This document shows positions 25,537-36,649 of a DNA stretch of 38,249 bases, piece by piece; position 1 is the stretch's first letter, and each line of letters begins with the position of its first letter. Source of the stretch: Ancylonema sp. Taxonomy: Eukaryota. The notes under the pieces were generated by a model. It worked only from the letters and a program-made list of their open reading frames with translations, was not told where the DNA came from and made no database searches. The DNA lies in the NCBI GenBank assembly GCA_050230475.1, contig JBFLGF010000027.1:62001-100249 (forward strand), read 5' to 3'. Position numbers and translations under genes: made by a program.

Positions 25537-26557
25537 CAAGAGTAGTGACTATATTCCTCTCCTCACTCGTCCTTCGCCCTCCCTCTTTTTTTTTTTTTTT
25601 TCTTTTCTTTGTACAAAAAGTCTAATATTCTAGTAGTCCACTTTTGTAGTGACATTGCTCTCTCTTTTTTCAAGGATTCTTACTCCACACTTCTCACATA
25701 TCATTTAAAAACACAAGTCATGATCTTGTCAATTTTCACCAAATCCTTTTTCTTATCCACCTTTCCACATTCAACATTTCTCTTTTCTACTCATCCATGT
25801 AGATTCCAAATTCCTCATCATTCTGATCGTTGTACTTCTTAATATTCTCTGGATCCCATCCATTGTCCACTGTCTTGTCCTCCCTCGCCACACGAGGTGA
25901 AACATATGTCGATCGCATTCGTGCTCCCTTGTGCTTGCATGCCATGCCTCTTGAGATCATGAGTTTCGCCCCAGCCAGTTCCACTTGCACTCGTCAATGT
26001 TCATATGCAACCTTGCTCCTCCCTGTCATGACGCTAGAGATCGCTAAGGCAAAAACCCCTCTAGATTGATCAAAAAACTTTCTAGATTAATGCTCCTCTA
26101 TGACGAGAGTATTCGATATAACGATTTCTAAAATTAGTACTTCCCAATAAAAAATAGTGAAGCACGAAATTTGTACGACTTGAAAATAACGCGTGGCGTA
26201 TTTTCCGAATACTAGAATCCAGCAGTTTCAACAAATAGCTGCATGTCGATCTCTTTTATATCACAAGTCACTTTCGGCTTGTCGATAATCTCGGCGATAA
26301 AATCCAGCACTAGAATCAAAGTAATATCTTGCGCCGTTTCATCGTAGCGTCTAGATTAAATTGAAAGTTCTAGAAGCCAGCCAGTCGTGATCTTTGATAG
26401 ACTAACTCTAGTTGACTCTGCCGGTTAGCACCGCGCAACAACTTTTGTTCAAAAGACAATTCATACTTTCGAATCTGCAAGCTTCCGCTGTCAGATTGCG
26501 TTGTTAAGAAATTCCGTCAACAATCTTTTGTGTCATCTGAATCTTTGCAATTATGTG

Positions 26558-27010
26558 TATAAGCTTTTGAGTGATTAGACGTGCAGGATAATTTGGTGGG
26601 CGACAAAATAAACCGTACGCAAAAGGATCTCTATCACTGATGATCAACGAGACAGGAGTTGCGTGTGGGGAACGAATTAATTATTGTGATCGCATCGGGG
26701 ATGGTCATACCCGATGCGTTTTACATGTCGTTGTGTGCCGACGGTCGGTACAATTGACCGTCGGCCTATCGTTGAGTGCTGAGTGACAACTCATCTACGT
26801 GTCATGCCGGACACTCCTAACACGACTAAACAAGCCAATCACAACACGTCAAGCAATAACGTCTCTAAGTGTCGGCAACATGTCAGGTGCCCAGACACAA
26901 CCGTGCCCGGCCCCGCATATAAGCACATCTAGGAATATTGCTCCCGGTTAGAGATACCGGTTACAACTGGACTAGCAAGCATAATATATGGCTATCCAAA
27001 ATATTCCACA
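26558..27010 (-). repeat. 3' LTR of the copia element
   Basis: Direct repeat of 32619-33062 (tataagcttttgagtgattagacgtgcagg ... atattcca) with scattered substitutions and indels. Confidence 0.92.
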
Positions 27011-27015
27011 CCCCC

Positions 27016-27626
27016 GGATGCCATGAAGTTGGCATAGATGACATCCAAGACTACCCTAGTTACGGCTAAATCATGGCGGAACCATTGCATAGCCTATAAA
27101 GCAGTTTGGTCTTCCCTAGCATACGCGTGCTAAGTGGCCCTATCTAGAAACGCAGCTGTTCGGAAGCCGATCGGAACTCCATGAAGTCGAAAGCTCCAGA
27201 TCCTTGGTCGTTTTTCAGGCCGAAGCCCTGAACATACAAACAAATACCACAGTTAGACGAAAAACAAAAAAAAATTGAGAAAATATTTTTGAATTTTTAA
27301 CTTTTTCAACTTTATAATTCTCAAAATTTTACACTTTCCAGTCAGAAAAATTTCAAAACAGCATAACTTCAAAATTACCAGTCCTATCAGCACCAACTTT
27401 TGACACAAGTTTTGCAACAATGATTAGAACATACATTCGAATTCAGAACAAATTGACAAGTTTAAAGTGGAGTAGATCCGCACTTTCTGATCTTAAAATG
27501 TCCTTAAGTGTCCTTAAGTGTTTTTAAGTGTTCTTTTCAAGGTATTAAGGTAAGAGTGTGACTTAGCTGGATGATCTAAAATTGTTGTACCCTCCCCATT
27601 ACTTCTGAATTAAAGAAACATAACAA
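27016..27626 (+). mobile_element. 611-bp insertion, probable 5'-truncated non-LTR retroelement tail
   Basis: Flanked by 9-bp direct repeat cacaccccc (27007-27015, 27627-27635). Separates the copia PPT from its LTR. Ends in aattaaagaaacataacaa. 5' part translates with stops to YKAVWSSLAYAC*VALSRNAA. Confidence 0.6.
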
Positions 27627-27701
27627 CACACCCCCTGCCAACATGCATGGCATTCGAAACCTCTGATAATAAAAATAAACGAAAGGACTGATACCCCGAG
27701 T

Positions 27702-30700
27702 TCAATATAACCGTCCAAAACCTAGACTTTTGCTGTGTCTGTCCAGTAAAAATTGAGGAAGAGCTTTGGTTAGCATATCTGCTGGTTTATTTGCGCCTGC
27801 AAGGTACACATACTTTAGTCTCCCCGTGCTGTGGCATTCCCGTACCCAGTGCCAGTGATATACCACATTAAAATGTTTTGCTTTCTGTCGTTGCACAGGG
27901 TTCTGGATCATGGAGAGAGCTGAGGTTGAGTCTGTGTGGATTGTGATTTGGTTTGAAAACTTGAGTTCTTTCAAGAGAGACTTAAGATAGCAGCACTCCT
28001 TAGACACACTACAGGCAGCAATATATTCAGCCTCAGCAGTGCTCTGTGTAACAGTGGACTGCTTCTGCGACTTCCAACTCAGTGCTGTTCCCCCAACCGT
28101 GGTTACCCATCCTGTGACTGACTTGCCTGTCATACTGCAGCTGTTCCATGATGCATCGCAGTAACCCTTTACTTCAAAGCTGTCTTTTCCCACAAACGTC
28201 AGTCCGTGGTTCACAGTCCTTAAGGTATATCTGAATAGTTGATGTAATATGCCCTTATGTGTGCGACCCCAGGATTTCCCATGTGTTTAGCCAGTGTACC
28301 CCAAGTGCATACCCGATGTCCAGTCTGGTTTGTTTCATAGCGTATATGAGAGATCCCACTTTTCCTCGAAAGTCTGTTATTTCTTCAAGGGTAGGGGGAA
28401 GAGTTGGTTCATCATTTTGCGTAAACTGAGTTCCAGGGGCTAGAGGGAGTTTGGTTGGATACACTCATGCATCCCATAACGTTCAGTACTCCCCTTAAGA
28501 AACCTGACTGTCCCAGTGTGAGCAATTTTCTCTGTCTATCCCTCTTCACTTCCACCCCCAGGGGATATGGGTTAGGGGGGACACCCAGATCCTTGACTTT
28601 AAGAACTTTTTACCCATATGTCCTTCCCCTTTAAAATTTTTGACCACCACATTGCGTTAGGACCTGTGATCACCTGATCATCTACATGAATGCCCAGCAG
28701 TATGATTCTGCTGTCTGCTTCCCCCCTCATATATATACATGTGTCCGCATATCAGATATCAGATATCATAAATTTTTTGGACATTTCTTGCCATACGTGG
28801 CTACTCTGTTTTAGCCCGTACAATGCACCCTTCAGTCGTAAGACCTTTCCCTCAGCACCCCCTTTTATATACATACGTGGTGGTATTTTCATATAAACCT
28901 CTTCGTCCAGACGTCCATGCAGGAACGCTGTGATTACGTCCATTTGTTACAGCTCCCAGTCAAAGTGGTTTGCTATAGAGAGGAGTAAGGTGATATCGAT
29001 TACTGGTGCAAATACCTCATTATAGTCAATACCCCTAGAATCCCTGTGCGACCAGTCTGACTTTATATCTTTCAATATCCCCCTTAGGTGTTGTTTTGAC
29101 CTTAAAAACATAACGACGACACTTCACGGCCTTTTTACCTGGAGGAAGAACACACACCTCAAAGGTGTTGAACGTCTCCAGGGCAGCGAGCTCTTCCACG
29201 ATGGCTCTGTCCCACTGGTCCCAGTCTGGCCTCCTCATGGCATGGTTGAGGGTGAGTGGCTCGGAGGAGTTGTTGTTTGATGCTACGCAGGCGTAGCCAG
29301 GATCTACAGGACCGCTGAAGCCAGTGTAGAAGCAGCTAGGCTCCCACTCAGTCGCTGAGTAGTTGGCATGGGCTGCGTCATCGAACTCCTCCCCATCACA
29401 TCACATGATATCCCCATATTCAGCAAAGTTGGCTCGTCGTCTGGCCATCACCGGATCAGCTATGCTGCCTGGCTCCCCAACTCCTGGGTTCGCACCCCCT
29501 CCTTGCACCTCCTCCTCCCCTGCATCTCCACCTCCTGCATTGTTGATCCCCGACTGGCTGTCGGACAGCTCAATCGCAATGATGGGGACCTCAGCAGCTT
29601 GTGGCTGTTGTCGTGCGGATGGTTGTTGGCAGCTGCTGGCTCAGGGACTGGGGACTGCTGGTTCTGCTGGTGCTGGCAACTCTTATGGCATTGGCTGCAG
29701 AACTGCTGGCATGATGGGGTGAACTGCTGCTGCTGGCACAACTGCTGCTGGGGGTTCATCTTCGGTGTCGGGGAACAGATAGAAAAAGTGCTTCTCTGCT
29801 GCAGCCTCAACCTGGGGAGCTCTCCCCCCCATGAGTTTCGGGTACCCCGGCACCTCCTCGAAGAACCGCACGTCCATGACCTTATGGGGGTCGAATACGT
29901 TGTAGCCTGCACTCCCCGCAGCCATCCCCAGAAATACACCAAAACAAGTGCGAGGGGCAAACTTGTCCCCTTGCCTGTTCTTTTCTACCCCAACCTTTAA
30001 GTATTGCACCACACACCCAAAGTTATGACTTTTGTTCATTTTCATGTTCTTTCCCTCCCAGACTTTAATTGGGATTCTGCCAGCGAGCGACTTAGTTGGT
30101 GTTCTGTTCCTTAACCACTTTGCATGCAACAGTGCAACATCCCAATACGACTTCGGTAGTCCTGACCAAATCAATATGCATCGCATCTTTTTTGTCAAGG
30201 TTCTGTTCAGTCTCTCAGAGATGCCATTTTGTTCAGGACTGTATGCTTCTATGGTTTGTTTGTCAATACCCTTCCCCCCACAGTAGTTCATCCAGTCCTG
30301 AGACACATACTCCCCACCCTTGTTTGTCCTTATAGACTGTAGTGGCAACCCTGACTGGACCTCGAGCAACTGTATAGTGACCTTTGCTCGGTTCAGTGCT
30401 TCATCCTTAGTTTTCAGTAAACTGACAAATGACAGATGTGTGGACACCTCAATCCCTGTCTGAGCATAAGTGAAACCTCCATTAGCAGACCTAACAGACA
30501 GAGGTCCAATCAGATCCAAGTGAATGCGACCCATCTTGGGGCATGTCCCCAGATCTTCGCTGGCCTTAGCGTGACTCAACTGACTCATTTTCCCTTGACA
30601 ACAAACCTGACATCCCCTGACTTCAGTTAATTCATCTGGACTTAACTGTGGGATGTCACCACGTCTGACAAAGTCTGACATAACATCAGAACCGGGGTGA

Positions 30701-32333
30701 CCCAATTCGTGATGCCAGATCATGCCTGTGGATAAGTTTGCTTTCGTATCGTGAGATCCAGGCATGACGATGGTAGCAGCGAGCAAAGTGAGACCACTAG
30801 GCTCTTGCAGTACATCAGCCCACTTCGCATTCCCCTTTTTCAATTCAGGACCCGTGGGCAGCTGTAAGAAGCTCAGCCCACCTCTTTTGACGAGGCACGA
30901 TGTCGACACGAGGGTGCAGGCAAAGGTAGGGACGTGGATCGAGTTGAGTGGCTGCACAAAAAATGTGTCGCCATTCCTCACTCGGATGTGCACGAATCCA
31001 GTGCCTGCTACCTTGTGTGACGAGCCGTCAGCAGTGGTGATGAAGGCCCTCTGCGTGCTCAGGGTTGGAGTGTACTCCACGAAGTGTTCACGTTCAGTGA
31101 AAATGTGGTCTGTAGCACCTGAGTCCAGGATCAGAGAGTCTGTGTGAGAACCAGCAGACAATGCTCGAGCAACATCAAACGAGAATGCACCAAAAGCCAA
31201 ATAATCCACCCTAGCGTCAAAGGGTTTGTCAGCAAAGCGAGCAAGTCTTGCCTGTGCGTCAGCCCTTCGAGCAGCTTCTGGGTTCATTAAAGCCATGTCA
31301 GATGTGCGTTTTCTACATTGTTCAATCGTATGCCCTACATTGTTGCAATATCTGCACTTCTGTCTCCCCCCTGAACTTCCCTGAGTCGCGTGCGCAACAT
31401 TTCCAGCTCCTGGCGATGGCGCAGGGCAGTGAGCAGCTCTGTGGCCTGCTTGGTGGCACCTGTGGCATTTCCAGGCTCCGGCATGGCCTCCGCCAATAGC
31501 TGGTGAAGGACAGTTTGCCCTGATGTGGCCAAATTTGTGGCAGCCGAAGCACTCGTGTCTGCATCGTCTGTGCGACCAGCTCCAGTCCCACCACTAGGTC
31601 TGCTGCTGCCTTCAGCTCCGCTACCCCCTCCAGGTCCACCATAATGAGCTTGGTGACCTCCTGGCAGCGCCCCCCTCTTTCGCTCATTCAGCTTTCTGAC
31701 GTCATCGCGCAGCAGCGCACTCACGATGTGGGGAATCGTAAACAGATGTGGAGACGATTCCGACCACGGCATCAGCGTCGAGACCATTGGGGTAATGAGT
31801 GTTGAGGGAGTTGGTTGATCGCCTGCTTCGAGTTCTGGCGCCCCCAGATTCTTCAAATCGTGGTGTAGGTGCTGCAGCCGCTTGACATATACGACGTTGA
31901 GGTCCTCTGCCTCAGTCTCTGTATGATTGCGCTCAGCAACGCCTCGGTGTTCGCGATCTCAATCGCTCCCTGCACCTGGTAGAATGTCCTCAGGGCTTCC
32001 CACATTTCGGCAGCTGGCGTGCAGTCCGTGACGTGCGTCAGCTCCGAAGGACCCCAGTGTTTCACTATGTAGGACATGGCAGCCAGATTGTCCTCATCCC
32101 ATTTCTCGAGCTGCAGCAGCTGCTGGGAAATCTGCTGCTCCCTAACCAACTGGCGGGATCCCTCTAGTCTCTCGACGTCCACGTCGATCCCCCTGGCGGC
32201 AAATTGCAGCTCGTTGTCTGGTGTCAATGGAAGTATAACATCTGGACGACACCTCCGCAGCAGGCTTTCCCAATCCATCACCACACGATGCAGCTTTTTG
32301 TCCGCCAGCCCCTATTTGACTTTGAATGCCCAT
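27702..32333 (-). pseudogene. Copia gag-pol pseudogene
   Basis: gag AAEMWEAL; protease LILDSGATDHI; WHHELGHPG and CQVC; integrase [61 protein letters not shown]; RNase H GYCDASW, STAEAEYIA. Many frameshifts. Confidence 0.93.
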
Positions 32334-32604
32334 CCTGTGTAATCTGCTCCAGTGAACTGTGGGATTTGCGACCTATCCGACATTGTGGGAAATTTCTCAC
32401 TCAGCTCGAGCTCTCAGTGCAATTCCTGCAATGCAGCACTCAGCTCGAATTCTTGCAGCGCAATGTGAAAATTACGTGTAGCCCTTAACAACTACGAATA
32501 TATTTGCGCTCAGTGGCAGAATATACCGTTTTCAGAGACAATTGCACCGAAATCTCGTGGAGCCTTTAGTTTTTAACCAACACGGCGTCTGAACTAGACC
32601 GCAC

Positions 32605-32618
32605 GTGGGCCCGTAACC
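32605..32618 (-). promoter_or_regulatory. Primer-binding site for the 5'-half of tRNAiMet
   Basis: Minus strand GGTTACGGGCCCAC directly after the LTR; one mismatch to GGTTATGGGCCCAC, the complement of the initiator-tRNA anticodon-arm region. Confidence 0.8.
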
Positions 32619-33062
32619 TATAAGCTTTTGAGTGATTAGACGTGCAGGATGATTTGGTGGGTGACAAAACGAACCGTACGCAAAAGGATCTCTATCACTG
32701 ATGATCAACGAGACAGGAGTTGCGTGTGTGGAATTGTGATTGCATCGGGCGCATCGGGGATGGTAATACCCGATGCGATTTACAGATCGTTGTGTGCCGA
32801 CGGTCGGCACAATTGACCGTCGGCCTTTCATTGAGTGACAACTCATCTACATGTCAACGGCACATGCCGGACATTTGCGACACGACTAAACAAGCCAATC
32901 ATAACACGTCAAGCAATAACGTCTCTAAGTGTCGGCAACATGACAGGTGCCCGGATACAAACGTGCTCGGCCCCGCATATAAGCACATCTAGGAATATTG
33001 CTCCCGGTTAGAGTAACCGGTTACAACTGGACTAGCAAGTAATATATGGCTATATTCCAACA
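32619..33062 (-). repeat. 5' LTR of the copia element (probably shared with a tandem copy)
   Basis: 444 bp, TGTTGGAATA...AGCTTATA on minus. TATA-like cttatatg near 32976-32983. Preceded on minus by PPT-like gcaggggtg (33063-33071). Confidence 0.9.
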
Positions 33063-33071
33063 CACCCCTGC

Positions 33072-33711
33072 TGTATTTGCATCCCTTCGCGTACGCGACT
33101 TCGCAACGTGCTCGTTTTCGTCTCAGCTTGATATCCGTTAGCTAGACTGTAAGTTCTGCAAATTATCATTTGCAATTCGTGTGTGTGTGTGTGTGTTCGA
33201 TTCATCCGAATCTCTTGTTGATGCTCTTTCTGAGCTAGCCTTGTAATCGAGTGTAATTTCTTGCATCGATTCGCTAACGCTCTCTCTGAGCCACCAAGCG
33301 TGTGTGTGTGTGTGTAAGATCTGTCGATTTGCCTGCGTTCGCTCCGAGCCGGCACTTTCATTGTTGTGTGTGTGTCTATTGTTGCTCGCTCCGAGCCAGC
33401 AATTGTTGTTTGCACTTGTCTGCTGAGGTTCTTTTTGAGCCAACATCTTTTATCTTATCTTTTATCTTTTACTTTCGCATACCGAAAGTAACTCTTACGG
33501 CTATTGACCTTGATAGTCTGCACCGGACTTTTTTGTTTGCGTTACAGTACTTTGACGACTTTAGTGTTGTAATCCATTTGTTACCTTGCCCTGACCGTTA
33601 AGTAGTGAATTTCACTAGAGCGCTGAGACGTATGATATATATAATATTGATATCTCAACAGAGATTCAATCTGCAATACTATCTTAACGGACTATCTTAA
33701 TCTGCAATACA
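33072..33711 (+). repeat. Candidate 5' LTR of a Ty3/gypsy-like element
   Basis: Starts TGTATTTGCA and ends TGCAATACA (inverted termini, TG..CA). Contains (GT)n tracts. Lies upstream of gag-like ORFs. No second LTR in the window. Confidence 0.45.
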
Positions 33712-34374
33712 ATCTTCAATCCGACAGCGGAAGACCTTAAATTTTTCAAAAATTTAAAGTGAGAAAAGGTAAACAATCTCGATTTTTTTTTTAACACACC
33801 TTTCTCCACTATCTGGTATTTCAATGTGCTCGGAAGAGTAGTGCATCCATTGGTCACAAGATAGTAGAGGAAGGTTGACCAAACTAAAAATAACTAAACC
33901 TGCTGAAATTGTCGATCAACCACCTACACCAGCTGTCGACAATTCAAATTGTCCAGGATCACTAGACATCGATATTGTTACCATCGAATCACCAGGTGCA
34001 CCAGCTGTTGATAATACCCTTCGTACTGATATTGAAAATACAGCTGCACATCGACACCAGCTGTCGATATCTCTACATTCCATCTACCTACTAATCTTCT
34101 CAATACTACTTCTGCAACCCAAGCAGAACAAAATTTTGAACCCAACAAATGAACTCGGTCTACTTCGGAACCAGGACAATATTTGGAACGCCTACCTTCA
34201 GGATCCATTGACATCAAGCCATCCTTGTTTATTGATAGGGACAACCAGATCGTCGATACCACAACACCTACACCTGTGGCAGGACCATCGACAAGTGTGC
34301 CCTCCGTAGCGCAATCAAGCGCCACAACAACATCCATTTATCGACCCAAGATAAAAGGTGGGACAAACTCTATC

Positions 34375-36640
34375 ATGGCTGACCGAATGCCGTTACCGAC
34401 ATATACTAGTGAGACTAGTGTAAAACAAGATGAATTTATCGAGAGCTTGAGATAGTTAGATCGAACCCAACAACGCACTATGGGCCACGTACAGTGGGAC
34501 TCAGTGCTTGCAGCAGGTCAGTATATGAAGGCAGAAGTACATTGTTACGACCGTCGCCGGACTATCCCCCCCGCAAGGGGTTCACGTCCCGAGAATCCCT
34601 AGCACCCCCAGAATGACCGGGCTGATGTTCCACGCCACGGGCACCCCCTCCCCAAGGGTGCACCCCGTATGTGAACGCGGGCCAGTCAAGATATAAATTG
34701 TTAAGCCCCACGGAAAATCCGTGTGAGCGGGAAAGTGGAGGAGACGGGATTTGAACCACCGCCCACCACTAATCTTGGACATTCTGTTACGACCGTCGCC
34801 GGACTGTACTTTCAACGACTTCACAACCGGGCCATAAAAGGCACAATGTCCAAGATGGGACTTGGACTGCACAGATACAATATATACCGAGATGCCGCTC
34901 CCTGACATACATCGTGAGTGGCATTTTTTTGTGAAAGACAATCGTGGTACCACCACTACGGAAGCCATTAGAGACATGTATCGAGAACATAATGCAAATG
35001 TCGCATACTATCGTCTGCAAGGTAGAGTGGATGGACATAATGCACCGATCAAACCCACAACATCGGTGGCAGAACCAACGGAACTCGAACTGTTCATTAC
35101 AATCATCAAAAATCGTTTTCGAACTTCGGCTGCAGAAAATGTCAGACAATTTCAAAATTTTACAGCCAGACATAACGACAACGTGGCAACCACCTTTGCA
35201 CGTTTTAACGATCTAGCAACAATTGCTCAAGAGGAAGGAGCCATGACAGAAGAACAACTGGCTAGGAGGTATCTACCACACATTCCTCTACCACTACAAC
35301 CTTACATCGATGACTGGCACTTTCGTGAATCAGAGGAGAGGTACTCTAAAACTCCACCAGATCCTCCTTTCACTCGAAAGGAAATTATGAAGAGCGCCAA
35401 CAAGGCTGAATTACTACGTATGAAACAAGACACTGAAAACCGCGTAGCTGGGATCACGAGATCTCCTAAACTACCTACCTACACTCCTCCTACTCCTTAC
35501 AATGCTCCTAAACCAACAAGCGCATTGACACCGCGACAAGATAATAGTATGGAATGCTATAACTGTCATCAGATTGGACACCTTTCGCGTGACTGTCTTG
35601 CACCAAGGAAAGAGAACAACTTTCATTCATGAAGATATCAGTATGACAAAAATACCAAAACCAACCAACTTTCACGATCATAGTTCAAGGGAGGTGCGTA
35701 CGGTACTGAAAACATACAACCTTTCAAACCACGCCCTCGCCAGTTTGATGCAAAGCAACACACCGCTGCCGCATTCTGTGAATACTGCAAAGGGAAACAC
35801 CACACCCGAGACCAATCTCAAAACTTGTCAGGGCGCAAAACTTACTAACTCTTAGTACACCACCCACTACATATACCATACCAAAACAAATCGGGTGGAA
35901 GACTCCTGAGACCCAAACCAACTACCTGGCCATGCAAGTAGACGACTTGACACGCCAACAAGAATTCGAAAACATGTCACACAAGACAACGGACTCTTAG
36001 GTAATTGACCATACCATCCCGTGTCAATACCTCATGTCCACCAGACGTTCACCACGGGTGGCAAAAAACGAGAAGAAGAAACAAGATGTTATTCAAAAAG
36101 AGACCCAATGTCATGTTCCAGTGATCGCCCTAAGCTCTAATGCAGTATCACCATCTGAGTCCAACACAGATTATCACACTCCACCTGTTGATGCATTTGT
36201 GGCTGACACGCAAGTACCGCCCTTGCTTGACCCTTTGCCACTTCATTATCTACCTGATCATAAACCAAGCACTTCAACCATTCCATACCCGGAGGCTTAC
36301 CCATAAACATTGCTAGAGGAACGAACTAGGGAAGGGGAGGATTATGGCCGCACACAAGGATAAAGTTCAAAGGTAGAATCATGGCAGCCAAACTTGGCAT
36401 TACACCCAACATGTTGAAACCTGGAACACCATACATCACTACTTTTGGTGCTCAAAAAACCAGTCTCGGTTCCACCAAGGAAATTTTTCCAATTACCATA
36501 TGGGAGGGGCACACCCGTTCCTACCACCATCTATATGGAACTTCACATGTCACCATCCAAGGAATTCGATGTCTTACTAGGCAATGAAATCCTTGGTCCC
36601 ATTGGTGGCTACTCAGACCCTTGGCAACATCTGTTCTAAA
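34375..36640 (+). pseudogene. Decayed gag (CCHC zinc knuckle) and aspartic-protease-like remnant
   Basis: MPLPTY..DEFIESL; retrotransposon gag-like FQNFTARHNDNVATTFARFNDL; CYNCHQIGHLSRDC; retropepsin-like tail EFDVLLGNEIL. Stops and frameshifts. No D[ST]G motif and no RT seen. Confidence 0.7.
34541..34805 (-). mobile_element. Small GC-rich insertion with 21-bp direct repeats and a Pol III B-box (SINE- or TRIM-like)
   Basis: tgttacgaccgtcgccggact at 34543-34563 and 34785-34805; gtac at 34537-34540 and 34806-34809; GGTTCAAATCCC on minus at 34746-34757. Confidence 0.65.
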
Positions 36641-36649
36641 ATAGGGCAG

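Larger units (their letters stand above)
26558..33062 (-). mobile_element. Ty1/copia LTR retrotransposon, decayed
   Basis: Two homologous LTRs, PBS, PPT, and domain order gag-PR-INT-RT-RNaseH. Confidence 0.95.

Noticed and set aside
29363..30000. Cys/Trp- and Gln-rich ORFs overlapping copia pol
   Set aside because: Alternative-frame and antisense shadows of the low-complexity integrase-RT linker.
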